64,000 bases of DNA from Octopus vulgaris (Eukaryota), in contig OX597839.1 in NCBI GenBank assembly GCA_951406725.2, positions 31,744,001 to 31,808,000 on the forward strand, written 5' to 3'. Positions 1 through 13,554 of this stretch are shown here, piece after piece. Numbering within the stretch: position 1 is the first letter of the stretch; each line of letters begins with the position of its first letter. The notes beneath the pieces were generated by a model. It ran no database searches, was not told the origin of the DNA, and was given only the letters and a program-made list of their open reading frames with translations. The position numbers and the translations under genes are program-made.

Positions 1-13
1 CAAAACAACGTAA

Positions 14-206
14 ATTAGTTAGTTAGTTAGTTAGTTAATTTGGCTCAAAAGCAAATAGCAAGGCCATGTAGGGGGACATGGAGTTAAGTACAGGGTGGTG
101 TTCATGTAAAGAGTTCAGGCCACTTGAGGTCAAGGGAGACTTTGAACAAAGCGGTCGTCGGCATCTTCACCATCTCGTCTGGCAGCTTGTTCCACGGATC
201 CGCAAC
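14..206 (-). mobile_element. CR1-clade LINE, 5'-truncated 3' end with (TAAC)n tail
   Basis: Reverse complement encodes ..VADPWNKLPDEMVKMPTTALFKVSLD.., the CR1 ORF2 C-terminus. Near-identical to 28053-28237. (TAGT)n tail on the + strand at about 16-37. Confidence 0.85.
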
Positions 207-1419
207 ATTTCACTCAACTAATGAATCTGAACACTAAAAAGTTAAATGAGAAAGTGATACACTGAATAATCTACTCGTAGACATACCCCTAAAAATAACA
301 GTGGGGTTCACAGAGGGGATATTAGTTATATCGTAGGTCTGTTCCACTAGGGCTGACTAGGGGCTGGGCAACAACTCCTTATTGTAACAAAAGTCAATCA
401 AGTTGACTGAGACTAGGGAACAACAGAGCAAATAAATCGATTTCTATGAAGATGGTGTATAGATCTAGAAAGGCTGTTATTGACTGGTTTTGCTTTAAAC
501 CCCCTCATTTTGATGTTTAAAGAGGAAGGGGTGACTCATATCTAAACTTCAAAATAAAGGGATCAGAAATATTACAGCATGATATAATTTAATATATGTG
601 TGCATGTGTGTGTGTGTGTGTGTGTGTGTGTATTTGCATGTGGTATTTATATAATATCTTTTCACATTTTAGAAAGCTTTGATTTTTTTCTAGAATTGTA
701 AAGGTTTCTAATATAAAAAAACATGTAAAAGACGCACAAAAAAATAAACACATGAGAAGCAATCACTGTTTGAGGTCGTGATATTAATCAAAAAAGCAAT
801 ATATTGGATTTGGGTAAATCAAGTGAGATCAATTAAGTGCAGAAGTGTTAGAGTTTCGAGTGTGTACATCCCATGTTGTAAACTTGATTAAATTTATGCT
901 ATCAAAATGGAAAATTGTGAATCCATACAGCTGTGGAATATTTACACAATGTCAGTGAGACATACCATTATTATAGAATCTTGCTGATTTGCACTGTGTT
1001 TGATGGAGATATATATACACAGAACCGGTGATATTTACTATGTTATGCTCTAGAAATATAGTGCTATGATATAATATCGAAGCTATGGTGTGTCACAAAG
1101 ACATGCCATTATAGAATTAAAATTCTATAATAATGGTTGATGTAACAACAGGCAAAATGTCAATATTATTCCATCACTGCTAGAATAAGATATGGTAAGT
1201 TTGGTTGGTACAGGAATCATAATGAATTAACTGATTTATTGAATGTTTTTATGGTCAAAGAAAAGTAAATATTTGTCTTTAATTAGAAGAGATTTATTTA
1301 GAAATGAACTTGTGTTGACATAACTTGATTCCATAACAAATGTAAAAGATTCAAGGAATGAAGACAGACTTTAGAAATTCTAATACCAACATGTTGTGGG
1401 GTGAGATAGAACCTGAAAC

Positions 1420-1562
1420 CATTTAATCACAAAGCGAACTCTATATCCAGCCAAGTTGGCACCTAGAATCTCAGGAAAAAAATCCAGATGTAATGGTCAT
1501 GGTTGGAAAGCCTTTGTTCACAGACCTGCTAGATCAGGGCTGAGTTGGGGCTACACAACATA
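1420..1562 (+). mobile_element. Old interspersed repeat (probable SINE 3' part, AAC-type tail); related copies at ~320-375, ~34650-34925, ~41465-41660(-), ~45815-46010, ~49690-49910(-)
   Basis: Recurring motifs aatagcaaccaaatct..caaatcacac and cctttgatcataggtctgct..atcagggctga..tggggcta(aac)n in several degenerate copies. Confidence 0.55.
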
Positions 1563-2628
1563 AGACATTTTCATAAACCTTCTCAAAATCTTGATTATAA
1601 TGAAACTGAAAACCCACAGGGAATCTGGTCATTAAAAAAACAACCACAGAGACGAGGAGTGGGAGGGGGGATGATTAAACAGACAAGATATATTTTAAAA
1701 GAGATTCAAATAGTTTCTGTTATATTTTGTACACAAAGAACAAAAACAAAACTTGTAACCACCTTTGAGTGCTTCAGGGGTAAGAAAAAAAAAATGGTAA
1801 CTATTACTTTAACATTTCAGAAAGGAAATTGATTTATAGGAATTGAATGGTTTCCCTTCCTTGGATTAGTCCCCACTTGTTATCTGGGCAACAATTTCCT
1901 TTGTACATAATTACACAATGACGTGGTTAAGCTTCATAAATCATAGTTCGTTTGGGAAAGATAACCTATACAAAATATTTACATACATTTCAAGGGAATA
2001 TTTATACAAAAGATAAATATAAGTTCTCTACCAAGACCTTTACACTAACTGAAACCTATTCATGGGTCAAATGGAGAGCAATTACCAGGAAAATATTGAC
2101 CGTTAACTATTGGTATCTGTACTAACAAAGATAGCTCTCTCTCTCTCTCTCTCTTTCTTCCTCTCTCACCCACTTTCTCTCTCTGTCACAGAACCCATTC
2201 CAATTTTCTATTATATGGTAAACATATTCCTTGAGATAGGTTTTCCAAGTTGCCAATCATTAAAGCACAACTTAGTCATCTGAACAAACAGGATACGGTT
2301 ATCTTTACAGCACACATTTATGTTGACTTCCACCCCACTCCCCCCTTTGCGACAAAGCTCCTTGTAGATTTATAGTAAATTGTATTTTCTACAAGTGGAA
2401 TGATTGACATCAATACAAACAACTGATACGGTTTGTAGCCTTCTTGTCCAACCAGCGTTCAGAGATATCCTCTACACCATTGTCCATTCCACTGGACTCG
2501 TTCTTTCATGTAATTTCTTCAGGGTATTCAACTGTGTAATTCTATATAATTATTGGTTCGGTGTAATTGTATGATGAGAAAACTTTCTCTCAACTTTAGT
2601 TCCATTGTGAACCAATGACCAATCTTAC

Positions 2629-2643
2629 CTATCTTTCAGCAAT
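2629..2643 (-). other. Candidate 15-nt micro-exon
   Basis: Minus strand reads ctgttgctttgactatctgtatag|ATTGCTGAAAGATAG|gtaaga. Open only in phase 2 (LLKD). Confidence 0.25.
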
Positions 2644-2970
2644 CTATACAGATAGTCAAAGCAACAGTAATATATATATATATATATATATATTTAGCTG
2701 CTTTCTCGTATACGAGCAAAGCCATGGCCAGACAGAATCGCTGAAATGAGTCATTGTTGATACCATGTGAGGCCCCTGTATGACTCTTGAGCCCCTGGCC
2801 AAAGATTTGCACATTCTGTTGCATAATGCACAGCTGTGCTGGCTGGCAGAGGGAACCAGTGCCACAGTATGAACCCTTTTGACATGCCTTTTCGATCCTC
2901 CAAATGAAAGGCACACCTTTAATACAGGTTGCACATGTTCTGTTGTGAACAACAGCCATATCACAATTTA

Positions 2971-3175
2971 TCATATCATCATCATCATCATCATTTAACA
3001 TCGATTTTCCATGCTGGCATGAGTTGGACAGTCTGACAGGATTTGGCATGGCTGGGAGCCATACCAAGCTCCATTACTTATTCTGATATGGTTTCTATGG
3101 CTGGATGCTCTTCCTAACACCAACCATTTTACAGAGTTTACATGGCATTAGCACTGATGCATTTTACCATGTTAC
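2971..3175 (-). mobile_element. SINE family A ((GAT)n tail), older diverged copy
   Basis: Reverse complement of ggttggtgttaggaagagcatccagcc...catgccagcatggaaaa..gttaaatgatgat. Confidence 0.8.
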
Positions 3176-3208
3176 CTTGCAAGACAAAATGTATGTGCAT
3201 GTGTGTGT

Positions 3209-3251
<43 letters not shown>

Positions 3252-4539
3252 TGTGTGTGTGTGTATTTGTGTGTGTGTGTACAACCATGTTTTTCAAAGA
3301 TACCTCAGTTGGAATAGTAAAGCCTGGCACTGATGTATACACATATCTGTGTATATGTGTAAAAAACACATGAATTTGCACACATTACACACACACACAC
3401 ATACAAATGTATGTTTTGAATGTTTTGTCTGAGTATAAAAACGGTACTGATATTCTATTCCAGTAACAAAGAACAACAACAGAAAAGAAGCTGGAGATTG
3501 CTCTAAGTTGCTGTGAGGAGACACTACAAGTTGTACATCAGTAATCCAATGGAGAAAGCTGACAACATCTCAACGCAATCAGTTGCACAAGTTCAACAAT
3601 AAAATACAACTAGACAGAAATAATTGGCAGACTTTCAAGGAGAAGAGAAAATGAAATAGTTTTCCAACAGCAAAAATACAATCAGAAGATCTGATCATCC
3701 CCACCACACTCACTCCACACACACCGGTTCAATTATAGTGATAAAATGTCTTAAACCTCTTTAAAGTGTGGAGGAGAAGCCAAGAAGTGATGGCAGCATT
3801 TTGTTGAGTGTAGGTCAGCACGAGGATTAATCCAAGCTGGAATGTTATTGCAATGAAATAAGAAATCTATCAGGAAAACTCCAGAAGAAAATGTAGAAGG
3901 TGGCTTAGGTTAATATACTTTGTGTGAAATGAGATAGGCATCACATGGCATTTGGTAGGTAGTCAGTTATTATATGAAGACAGAACACACACACACACAA
4001 CTAAAGATTAAGTATTTCTATCCATTTTAAAATGATTTAAACACTGTAATGATGGTAGTTCAAATATGTCGATCATCTTATCTTGCATATCATTAACAAA
4101 GTTTCTGCAACAATAAGACGGTTTCTGTTGAAGTACTTTCTGAATCAGTTTATTGAAGTTCCAAATATACTAGTCACAAGAAGTGACTACAACTGAATTA
4201 TGTTGATTACTGATAAATCATATTTACATAAACACTAATTAACTCTTTGGAAAATAAGGAAAAATTTAGTGAAACAATTTTGTCATTTTTGAGCGAATAT
4301 TCAATTTTTAAATTAAACATTAATTTACTTTAAAATATGAATTTTGTATCATAGAGCAGGGGCAGTCTCAAGCTGACAGACACTACACCTGTTTACCTTT
4401 CACTGAAGGTGCAACATAAACCCATCTGATACAGGAACATAGGTGGACGTTTACATTTTTTCTTTTCTTTTCTTTTATACATTTTCTTTCCTAAGTTAAA
4501 ATGAAGCTATATTTGAAATGTTTTTATATTTTTATTTCA

Positions 4540-4940
4540 AGGAGTGGCTGGTAAGTAGCTTGTTTACCAACCACTTGGTCCTGGGTTCAGTCCCACTGCA
4601 TGGCACCTTGGGCAAGTGTCTTCTACTATAGCCTCAGGTTGACCAAAGCCTTGTGAGTGGATTTGGTAGATGGAAACTGAAAGAAGCCCGTCGTATATAT
4701 GTATATATATATATGTGTGTGTGTGTGTTTGTGTGTCTGTGTTTGTCCCCCTAGAATTGCTTGACAACCGATGCTGGTGTGTTTATGTCCCCGTTACCTA
4801 GCGGATCGGCAAAAGAGACCGATAGAGTAAGTACTGGGCTTACAAAAGAATAAGTCCTGGGGTCGAGTTGCTCGATTAAAGGTGGTGCTCCAGCATGGCC
4901 GCAGTCAAAATGACTGAAACAAGTAAAAGAGTAAAGAGTA
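4540..4940 (+). mobile_element. SINE family B: tRNA-like head, CORE-like block, internal TA/TG microsatellite, (TAAAAGAG)n tail
   Basis: B-box-like gggttcagtccc; ccttgggcaagtg (CORE-like); 3' end ccagcatggccgcagtc..tgactgaaacaagtaaaagag; many copies in the window. Confidence 0.9.
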
Positions 4941-5082
4941 ATTTGTTTTCCTGTGTAAAACATGGTTAAAAGGAAACAAAAATAAATCACTAAAAAGAAA
5001 AACAAAAAAGTTAAAATAAATCAGAAAGGTTTTTAAACTAAAAAGTGGTTAGAAACAGAAATTTATTGGGTTTAGTTTTGAT

Positions 5083-5492
5083 CATGTGTTGGCATTGTAG
5101 TCAGGGTGTTGTGCTCACAATTGCCAAATCAAGGGTTCAATTCCCAGACCAGGTGGCATGTTGTGTTCTTGAGCAAAACACTTCTGTTCACATTGCTCCA
5201 GCATGGTGTGGGGACCAGCATGTCAAAGAATAGACCCAACATTTCCTCTGCATTTGGTAAAAGGTGACTAAATCATGGGATTTGCATGCCAACCTCACAA
5301 AACCCACACCAGTAATGACCACCCAAACAGACCCATGGGCTGGAGGGTTGTCGCCTGAGTGGTGCAGAGGAGTCATCTGCCAGGAATAAGAGGGAATCAC
5401 CAAGTAATGGTGGATGCAGTGACACACTGCTACAACACATGCCAACACCGCTGCCACTGCCACCACCACCACCGCCGTCGCTGCCGCCACCC
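5083..5492 (+). mobile_element. SINE family F (tRNA head + CORE-like block + tail C ending in (CAC)n)
   Basis: gggttcaattccc B box, cttgagcaaaacactt, aaaaggtgactaa; inverted homolog at 8610-8975. Confidence 0.7.
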
Positions 5493-6013
5493 AAAACTAT
5501 AAAAATAATATGTGAAGTAACTTATTTTCTAGCTCCCTGATGGAAATACTTTCACTTGCTATGATGTGACTTTCAGTAAAGAAAAAAAAAAAAGAAAAAA
5601 TATATAAATACAAATAATACTAATACTATCTGATATGATTACATTATCAATTTTTTAAATTCCCCCCCCCCCCCCTTCATAATCACTAAGATCAATATAT
5701 CCCCTCATACATTTATTCTACTTGGCTTTAAAGCCCAGTGTTACTTTAGGTTTTGAGTTATCTTATTTTCTTTACTGATCTCGGGCTTTTTTGGGGTTTT
5801 TTTTTTTTTCACCTGTTTCCATGTTCAATTCCTGCAACAGTCACCATATTTGTGAACCTGATTAACATTTATTCCTCTGCCAACTACGTTTCCATTAATC
5901 CTTCATACTAATATTAGGAAAAAATGTGTCTAACGAGAAAACACCTGCACTTTCAACAATACATATATTGCTATTTGACTTATTACCAAACTACAATATA
6001 TTACTACTAGTAC

Positions 6014-6071
<58 letters not shown>

Positions 6072-6304
6072 TACATACATACATATATATATGTATAGAA
6101 AGAGAGAGAGAGAGAATGCAGTGAATAAATTGTCATCTATGAAAATAACTCTGACATCTCATTTTAATAGATATGTTTACCAAAATTACCTAAAAATATA
6201 TTGAAATACTAAAGAGTAAATTTATTTAATAAAATCACCATTGGTTTCAACCAGACGACTTTGGAATCTCCTGCAACTCTCCTAGATGGTTTCTTTGTTT
6301 ATCA

Positions 6305-6743
6305 GAACCAAAATCGAAGTCGATCAACATCAATGGAAATTGCAGCTGTGATACCAGTGCCGGTGGCACGTAAGCGAACCATCCGATCGTGGCCATTGCC
6401 AGCACGGCCCCAACTGGCCTCCGTGCCGGTGGCACATAAAAAGCACCATCCGATCATGACCATTGCCAGCCTTGCCTGGCCCCCGTGCCGGTGGCACGTG
6501 AAAAGCACCATCCGACCGTGGCCGTTGCCAGCCTCGCCTGGCCTCCGTGCCGGTGGCACGTAAAAAGCACCCACTACACTCACGGAGTGGTTGGCGTTAG
6601 GAAGGGCATCCAGCCATAGAAACATTGCCAGATCAGACCGGAGCCTGGTGCAGCCTTCTGGCTTCCCAGACCCCAGTTGAACCATCCAACCCATGCTAGC
6701 ATGGAAAACGGACGCTAAATGATGATGATGATGATGATGATGA
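6305..6743 (+). mobile_element. SINE family A with 3 internal GC-rich minisatellite units and (GAT)n tail
   Basis: Repeated gtgccggtggcacgtaaaaagcaccatccga; conserved ggagtggttggcgttaggaagggcatccagc; (GAT)n. Confidence 0.9.
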
Positions 6744-6827
6744 ATGCTACCCTAATCCTTGCCTTCAGTTCATCTTTGGTGTTAGAAGGACACTGATAGG
6801 AGGACCGGTATAAAGTAACATTAACTA

Positions 6828-7131
6828 GCACTCCATCGATGAGGGTTCCTGTTGATTTGATCAATGGAAAGGCTTGCTTGTGAAATTCATGTGCAAGTGG
6901 CTGAGTACCCCACAGACACATGTAACCTTAAGGTAGTTCTCAGGGAGATTCAGCATGACACAGAATGTAACAAGGCCGGCCCTTTGAATAACAGATCCAA
7001 CTCATTTTTGCTAGCTGAGTGGACTGGAGAGATGTGAAACAAAGTGTCTTGCTCAAGGACACAATATGCCATCAGGAATCGAACTCATGGCCTTAGAATT
7101 GCAAGCTGAATACCCAAACCACTAAGCCAAG
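6828..7131 (-). mobile_element. SINE family E (tRNA/CORE-like head + tail A)
   Basis: Head tggcttagtggtt..gagttcgattcc, ccttgagcaagacact; tail shared with 8041-8230. Confidence 0.8.
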
Positions 7132-7189
7132 TGTCATTAATACAAAGTAACATTAGGCGTTGTGTAAGTGGGGTAACTGAAAATGATGG

Positions 7190-7453
7190 AGGTGCCGGTG
7201 GCACGTAAAATACACCAATCCGACCGTGGCCATTGCCAGCCTCACCTGGCACCTGTGCAGGTGGCACGTAAAAAGCACCCACTACACTCACGGAGTGGTT
7301 GGCGTTAGGAAGGGCATCCAGCTGTAGAAACATTGCCAGATAAGACTGGAGCCTGGTGCAGCCTTCTGGCTTCCCAGATCCCCGGTTGAACCGTCCAACC
7401 CATGCTAGCATGGAGAACGGACGTTAAACAATGATGATGATGATGATGATGAT
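7190..7453 (+). mobile_element. SINE family A, 5'-truncated
   Basis: High identity to 6500-6743. Confidence 0.9.
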
Positions 7454-8040
7454 TTAACAATAGATCAAATTACTCAATACATTATAGAAGTCTCGTTTAC
7501 AGAGCTTTATTTAATTTTGTATTTCCCCTTTACGTTCCACTGTGAAATTCGTGGCCAACAACAAATAATAGCTCTTTCCTAGATAAAGTCAACATTAAAA
7601 TTAGAGTGGCTCCTCATCAACGTATCTTTACGATTCCCTGTCTTTATCTCGTACACTATGATATAATTCATTAACAGATCATCCCAGTTTGATTTAATCC
7701 TTTGTAATTGGCAAGGATTAAGCACAATCTACTTGCTGTGGTGGATTATTCTTTAGAGAGGAGGAGGAGGAGATAGAGTGGAGGGTTACAATAGGAGCAA
7801 ATAAAACTGTAATTATAAATATAATTAAAAATATGAAACATTCCTCTCAGAGCATACATATATTTCCCTTTTTTTTATTTTTGTAAAATTAGAGAAAATT
7901 GTAATTACAATAAATTGAAACTAATTGATTACAATTCCAGATTCCTTTTCCCGTGTTGTGTGACAGCCGAACCAACCTGTTCAAGAAGAGCCTCAAAGAA
8001 TTTCAGAAGAATGAGTAAATTGGCCCATCATTCTACACTT

Positions 8041-8425
8041 GGATGGAAGCACTCCATCGGTTACGACGATGAGGGTCCCAGCTGATACGATCAATGGAAC
8101 AGCTTGCTCGTGGAATTAACGTGCAAGTGGCTGAGCATTCCACAGACACGTGTACCCTTAACGTAGTTCTCGGGGATATTCAGTGTGACACAGAGAGTGA
8201 CAAGGCCGGCCCTTTGAAATACAGGTACAACAGAAACGGGAAGTAAGAGTGAGAGAAAGTTGTGGTGAAAGAGTACAGCAGGGATCACTACCATCCCCTG
8301 TCAGAGCCTCGTGGAGCTTTAGGTGTTTTCGCTCAATAAACACTCACAACGCCCGGTCTGGGAATCGAAACCGCGATCCTACGACCGCGAGTCCGCTGCC
8401 CTAACCACTGGGCCATTGCGCCTCC
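8041..8425 (-). mobile_element. SINE family D (intact tRNA-derived head + tail A) with 12-bp TSD
   Basis: A box tggcccagtgg, B box ggtttcgattccc; flanking direct repeats cattctacactt (8029-8040) and cattctgcactt (8426-8437). Confidence 0.9.
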
Positions 8426-8545
8426 CATTCTGCACTTACACATAGCACTGCTCCCTTCTGGAGCAAAAAGTTAGATATAGAAACAAGTGTTACAATTTTG
8501 TGAATGATGAATATTCTAAATGGTTAACTCTGGTAAGTCTACTAT

Positions 8546-8611
8546 GTAGTAGTAGTAGTGGTGGTGGTGGTGGTGGTGGTGGTGGTGGTGGTGGTGGTGT
8601 GGGGGGGGGGG
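8546..8611 (+). repeat. (AGT)n-(GGT)n-poly-G tract (tail of the adjacent family F SINE)
   Basis: Directly visible. Confidence 0.9.
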
Positions 8612-8975
8612 CAGACACTGAAACAGCATGTCACTGCAGCCACCATTTGTTGGTGATTCCCAACTATTCCTGGTGGATGACAACTTTGCATTTCATCCGG
8701 CAACAACCGTCCTTGTTTGGATAGTTGTTGTTGCTGGTGAGGCTTTTACGAGGCCGGAGAGCAAATCCTATCTCAACTTCTTTTAGTCAGTCACCTTTTA
8801 TGACTCACAGCGGAAACATTGGGTCAATTGTTTGACATGCCGGTCCCTACACAGCACCAAAGCAACATGAAATTAAGTGCTTTGCACAAGGACACAACAA
8901 GCTGTGCAGTCCAGGAATCGAACACACAGTCAGGAAATCCTGAGAGCAATACCCTAACCACTGGGCCACACGCAT
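8612..8975 (-). mobile_element. SINE family F, inverted relative to 5083-5492
   Basis: ttagtcagtcaccttttatgac, aagtgctttgcacaaggacacaac, ggaatcgaac, ccctaaccactgggcca. Confidence 0.7.
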
Positions 8976-9194
8976 TGAAATCTAGAACTGCAGGTTAAAC
9001 ACTGAAGCTTTGTTCCCAACAGAATCATTTAGAAATACAGAGGAGGAAGCAGAGAGCCGACTGAATGTGTTTTGATATCTTGCTTCCTATCTCACAATGG
9101 TCTGGATTCAAAATCCATCAAAGATCAGTTTTGCTATCAATTCTCTGAAATTGGTAAATCGTATTTATGTACTGGAGTAAAGGTGATGGAATGC

Positions 9195-9249
<55 letters not shown>

Positions 9250-9397
9250 ATAAATTATGATAAGCACAACATACAGTTTACATCATTTGTTCCCTGACTA
9301 TGTTTCACCCACTGCAGTTATCTGCAAACTCTGCATCAGCTGTTCCAAGTGCAACTGGATGCTGAACCACAACACTTTATTGCATTATGTTACACAG

Positions 9398-9558
9398 CAG
9401 GAGTGGCTGTGCTGTAAGTAGCTTGCTTACCAACCACATGGTTCCGGGTTCAGTCCCACTGCGTGGCATCTTGGGCAAGTGTCTTCTGCTATAGCCCCGG
9501 GCCGACCAATGCCTTGTGAGTGGATTTGGTAGACGGAAACTGAAAGAAGCCTGTCGAA

Positions 9559-9597
<39 letters not shown>

Positions 9598-9815
9598 ATG
9601 TGTGTGTATATGTTTGTGTATCTGTGTTTGTCCCCCCACCATCGCTTGACAAACGATGCTGGTGTGTTTACGTCCCCGTCACTTAGCGGTTCGGCAAAAA
9701 GAGACCGATAGAATAAGTACTGGGCTTACAAAGAATAAGTCCCGGGGTCGATATGCTCGACTAAAGGCGGTGCTCCAGCATGGCCGCAGTCATATGACTG
9801 AAACAAGTAAAAGAG
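9398..9815 (+). mobile_element. SINE family B, near full length
   Basis: High identity to 4540-4940. Confidence 0.9.
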
Positions 9816-10036
9816 ATCAAATGTGTTTATCGTAATTTCTCTTACATTCTGACTCTGTGTATCACAGCTAATAATTCTGCTAAGTCCTGTAGTAAGCACA
9901 CACCACTGTACTGAAAGTGAAGTTCGACATAGAGTTTCAAACTTGCTTGTAGTAATTTAGTAATTGTACATCTTATTCTTTTATTCTTTTACTTGTTTTA
10001 GTCATTTGACTGCAGCCACACTGTACACACAAAGTA

Positions 10037-10077
<41 letters not shown>

Positions 10078-10080
<3 letters not shown>

Positions 10081-10407
10081 CTGGCTTCCCTGCCGGTGGC
10101 ACGCAAAAAGCTCCATCCGAATCGTGGCCGATGCCAGTGCCACCTCGATTGGCTTCCGTGCTGGTGGCACGTAAAATGCACCATCCGACCGTGGCCGTTG
10201 CCAGCCTCGCCTGGCACCTGTGCAGGTGGCACGTAAAAAGCACCCACTACACTCACAGAGTGGTTGGCGTTAGGAAGGGCATCCAGCTGTAGAAACATTG
10301 CCAGATAAAACCGGAGCCTGGTACAGCCTTCTGGCTTCCCAGATCCCCGGTCAAACCGTCCAACTCATGGTAGCATGGAGAACGGACATTAAACGATGAT
10401 GATGATG

Positions 10408-10410
<3 letters not shown>
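10078..10410 (+). mobile_element. SINE family A flanked by (TA)n
   Basis: Two minisatellite units, family core, (GAT)n tail. Confidence 0.9.
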
Positions 10411-10474
<64 letters not shown>

Positions 10475-11028
10475 GCATAAATAGACAGACAAGCAGATAG
10501 ATAAATAAACACATAGACAGACAGACAGATAGATAGACTCTTTGCAAAAGATCAGACCATGTCGCCTTGCCAACAGAAAAAAGTTTATTATTTGCTCTTT
10601 CAAAGATTTTCTTACAAATGTGTAAAACCTTCAGAGTTATAATAGAGTAGTAGAAGGATGAGAGAGAGAGAGAGATGGAAGATTGTGTTGTGCATCTCTT
10701 GATAACATTAGCAAAGTAGTTACATTTGGCTCACCAAAGAACATAAACTGGTGAGCCGCAGCAATAGCCACACATACTAACGAGTTCAGTTGAGAAAACA
10801 ACAAACAGCTCTTAAAAAGACTCTTGTCTCTCCATTATCTTTGACTGGCTTCAATATCCAAATCTAGTTCCATTTATATTCTTAATCTGCCATTTCATTT
10901 TGTTTAGAAGATGTCCACTGTGTTATTGGATAAGCTATTATAAAACATTTCAGCTGGTGAGATCTTCAAATACATTTCTCTTTCTTACAATATATAAATA
11001 TGTGTGTGTGTGTGTGTGTGTGGTGTAT

Positions 11029-11074
<46 letters not shown>

Positions 11075-11629
11075 TGAAAGATAGAAGTTTATTATAAAAC
11101 ATTTGAGATGATGAGGTCTTGAAGTAGCCTTTCTGTGTCTCTCTCTCTCTATCTCTGCGTGTGTATGTATGTATGTGTGTGTGTACATATTTATATATAC
11201 ATACATACACATGCATACATGCACACACACACTATGTACACATACACATATACAGAGAGAAAGAGAGAAAGAAAGATGGAGAGCAGTTTCACAGAATTCA
11301 CAGATATTTCTCACAAGTTGAATACCTTCAGATATTTTTCTTTTTAACTTTTTATTTATGTATTTGTTTATTGTTTTTTTTATCGATTTCAAAATGTAGG
11401 CCCTCCATCGTTATTCAGCCAGACGCTGTCCAATTTAAAACATTATTTGATAAATGCAAAAGATAGAAATAAAACTTATCTCAAAATCCGAATATATAAT
11501 GAAGCCACATCATCACAGAAATATAAAATTCATATTAGTCTAATACCAATGTAAAACAAAATCATCATCATCATCATCATCATTGTCGTTATTGTTATCA
11601 TCATCATCATCATCATCATCATCATTATT

Positions 11630-11855
11630 AGGGTGGTGTGCTGGTAAAATCATTAGCAAACTGGACAAAATGCTTAGCAACCTTTCATCTGTCTTTACAT
11701 TTTGAGTTCAAATTCTGCTGAAGTCAACTTCACCTTTCATCCTTTCGAGGTCAATAAAATAAGGACCAGTTGAGCATAGGAGCTGATGTAATTGACTTAC
11801 CCTCTCCCACCGAACTTGCTGCCCTTGTGCCAAAGTTTGAAATCATTATTATTAT
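11630..11855 (+). mobile_element. SINE family C (tRNA head + Meta-SINE-like central domain), (ATT)n tail
   Basis: gagttcaaattc B box; gtcaacttcacctttcatcctttcgaggtcaataaaataaggaccag resembles the MetaSINE/Sauria central domain. Confidence 0.75.
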
Positions 11856-11904
11856 TATGATGGAAGTGAGCTGACAGAATTATAAGCATGCTGGGCAAAA
11901 TGCT

Positions 11905-12450
11905 GCTAAGACCTTTGATACAGGGAATTGTAAGATGTTTTGGAAAATTTTGTCAAAAGCTGAACTCCCTGTTAAAAAGATAAGGGTGATTGTATCCCTG
12001 CATAAAGGAATGATGAGAAGAGTGATATCTAGTAGTCAATATTCAGAGGCATTTCTGTTGCCAAAGGAACCAAATAGGGATGTGTTTTAGCCCCTGTACT
12101 TTTTTCCATATTCTTTTCAATGATGCTCCAAAATGTTTTCAGGGATCACCATGAAGGTGTAAAATTTCAGTTTCACACAGACGTAGGTCTGCTAAACCCG
12201 AAAGGCTAAGGTTTCAGATCAAAAAAATAGAGGAAAAAAAGGGATCTGTTTGTTGATGATTGTGCTTTGATTTCTTACACATTTGAGGGAATTCAGGAAA
12301 TGGTGAATAGGTTTGCTGTGGCAGCTTGTGTGTGTGGACTGACTATCAGCATCAGGAAGACTGAAGTTTTATTCCAACCAAGGCCTGGGGCAGGACATTC
12401 TCAAGATTCAAACGTGACAATAGACAACAAGCGACTCTCTTTAACTTTAA
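11905..12450 (+). mobile_element. RTE-clade LINE reverse transcriptase fragment (disrupted)
   Basis: Translates KTFDT..FWKILSK..SLHKGM..GTK*GCVLAPVLFSIFFS..FVDDCAL..GLTISIRKTEVLFQP with stops and frameshifts. Confidence 0.85.
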
Positions 12451-12519
12451 ATCCTCTCCTTCAAAGACTCATACATTGAAATCGATGGGAGTAACCATCA
12501 TTATTATTGATGGTAATGA

Positions 12520-13145
12520 TAAGGTCAGAATTTTGATAGGAGGAGGAAACAGAAAATTAAATCCAAGAGTTGATTATATTATTGACCCCCCCAGAAATAT
12601 GAAAGGCAAAGTCAACTTTGGTGGGATTTGAACTTAGAATGTAAGGGACCATTATCAAATGTGCAAGATATTTTGTCTGATGATCTAAGGACAAAACTAG
12701 AGAAGGGATATATCATGTTTGGCTCTTTCCAAGTAATGTCAGGATTAGAGCTCAGAAACCTGAGGTAAGAGATAAAATACTATCATACAGCTAATCAAGA
12801 GATACCAACCTGAATCATTCAATGTTTTCTATGAAAGCAAACAATTTTGTCAGAGGGGGCTACATTATATCTACTTCCCCCAGATCAATTAATATTATAA
12901 ATTATATATTATGCTATTATAAAATATATATAAACAAATTACCGTTGTCAATTATATTATTATTCAGTGCATATAAATAAATTTATGTGGAAAATGAAGT
13001 ATATCAATACTCAGTATCTGGATTATCTTATTGACCCTGGAGGATAAAACATTCTAAAGTTGACTGTGGCAGCATTTGAACTGAAACTACAAAGTGATCT
13101 GACTAATTATTGGTAAGCATTTGATTGATCTCCTGATTCTACCAA
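12520..13145 (-). mobile_element. Two degenerate SINE family C copies (~12520-12690, ~13000-13145)
   Basis: gaaaggcaaagtcaactttggtgggatttgaact; aaagttgactgtggcagcatttgaact. Confidence 0.6.
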
Positions 13146-13554
13146 AGTCCTGGTTGTTTGTTTGTCCTTTGTTTTGTAATATAAACAAAGCCTAACACTT
13201 TTAATGGAAGCCAAGTGCTAAGTAGTGATGGTCATGCCTTCACCAGAAAGTTATCAATGAAAACAATAACAACAACAACAACTGTTTTTATTTCACTCCA
13301 CAAAAGAAGAATCTTAAAACTCAGAAAATCTGGATAAAGAAAGTTTTGGATGAAGTCTTTGATGTGGAAATTTGGGATGAGAAACACAGGAATGATGGGG
13401 GAGGAGGAGAAGGGAATGGAACATGTGTGTTCTACACATACATCTCTTGACTCTTCTAGACTCACACACACACACACACACACACACTGTTGGATCCACA
13501 ACAAGTGACCAACGCACTCACACTGACTCTCCTAGTCAGACGCACATATTGTTG

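Noticed and set aside
960-1140. 15-bp inverted repeat ccattattatagaat/attctataataatgg as a MITE
   Set aside because: Short and AT-rich, no TSD, no second copy in the window
8345-8425. Functional tRNA gene
   Set aside because: A and B boxes are present but there is no proper cloverleaf or terminator, and it continues into a repeated SINE body
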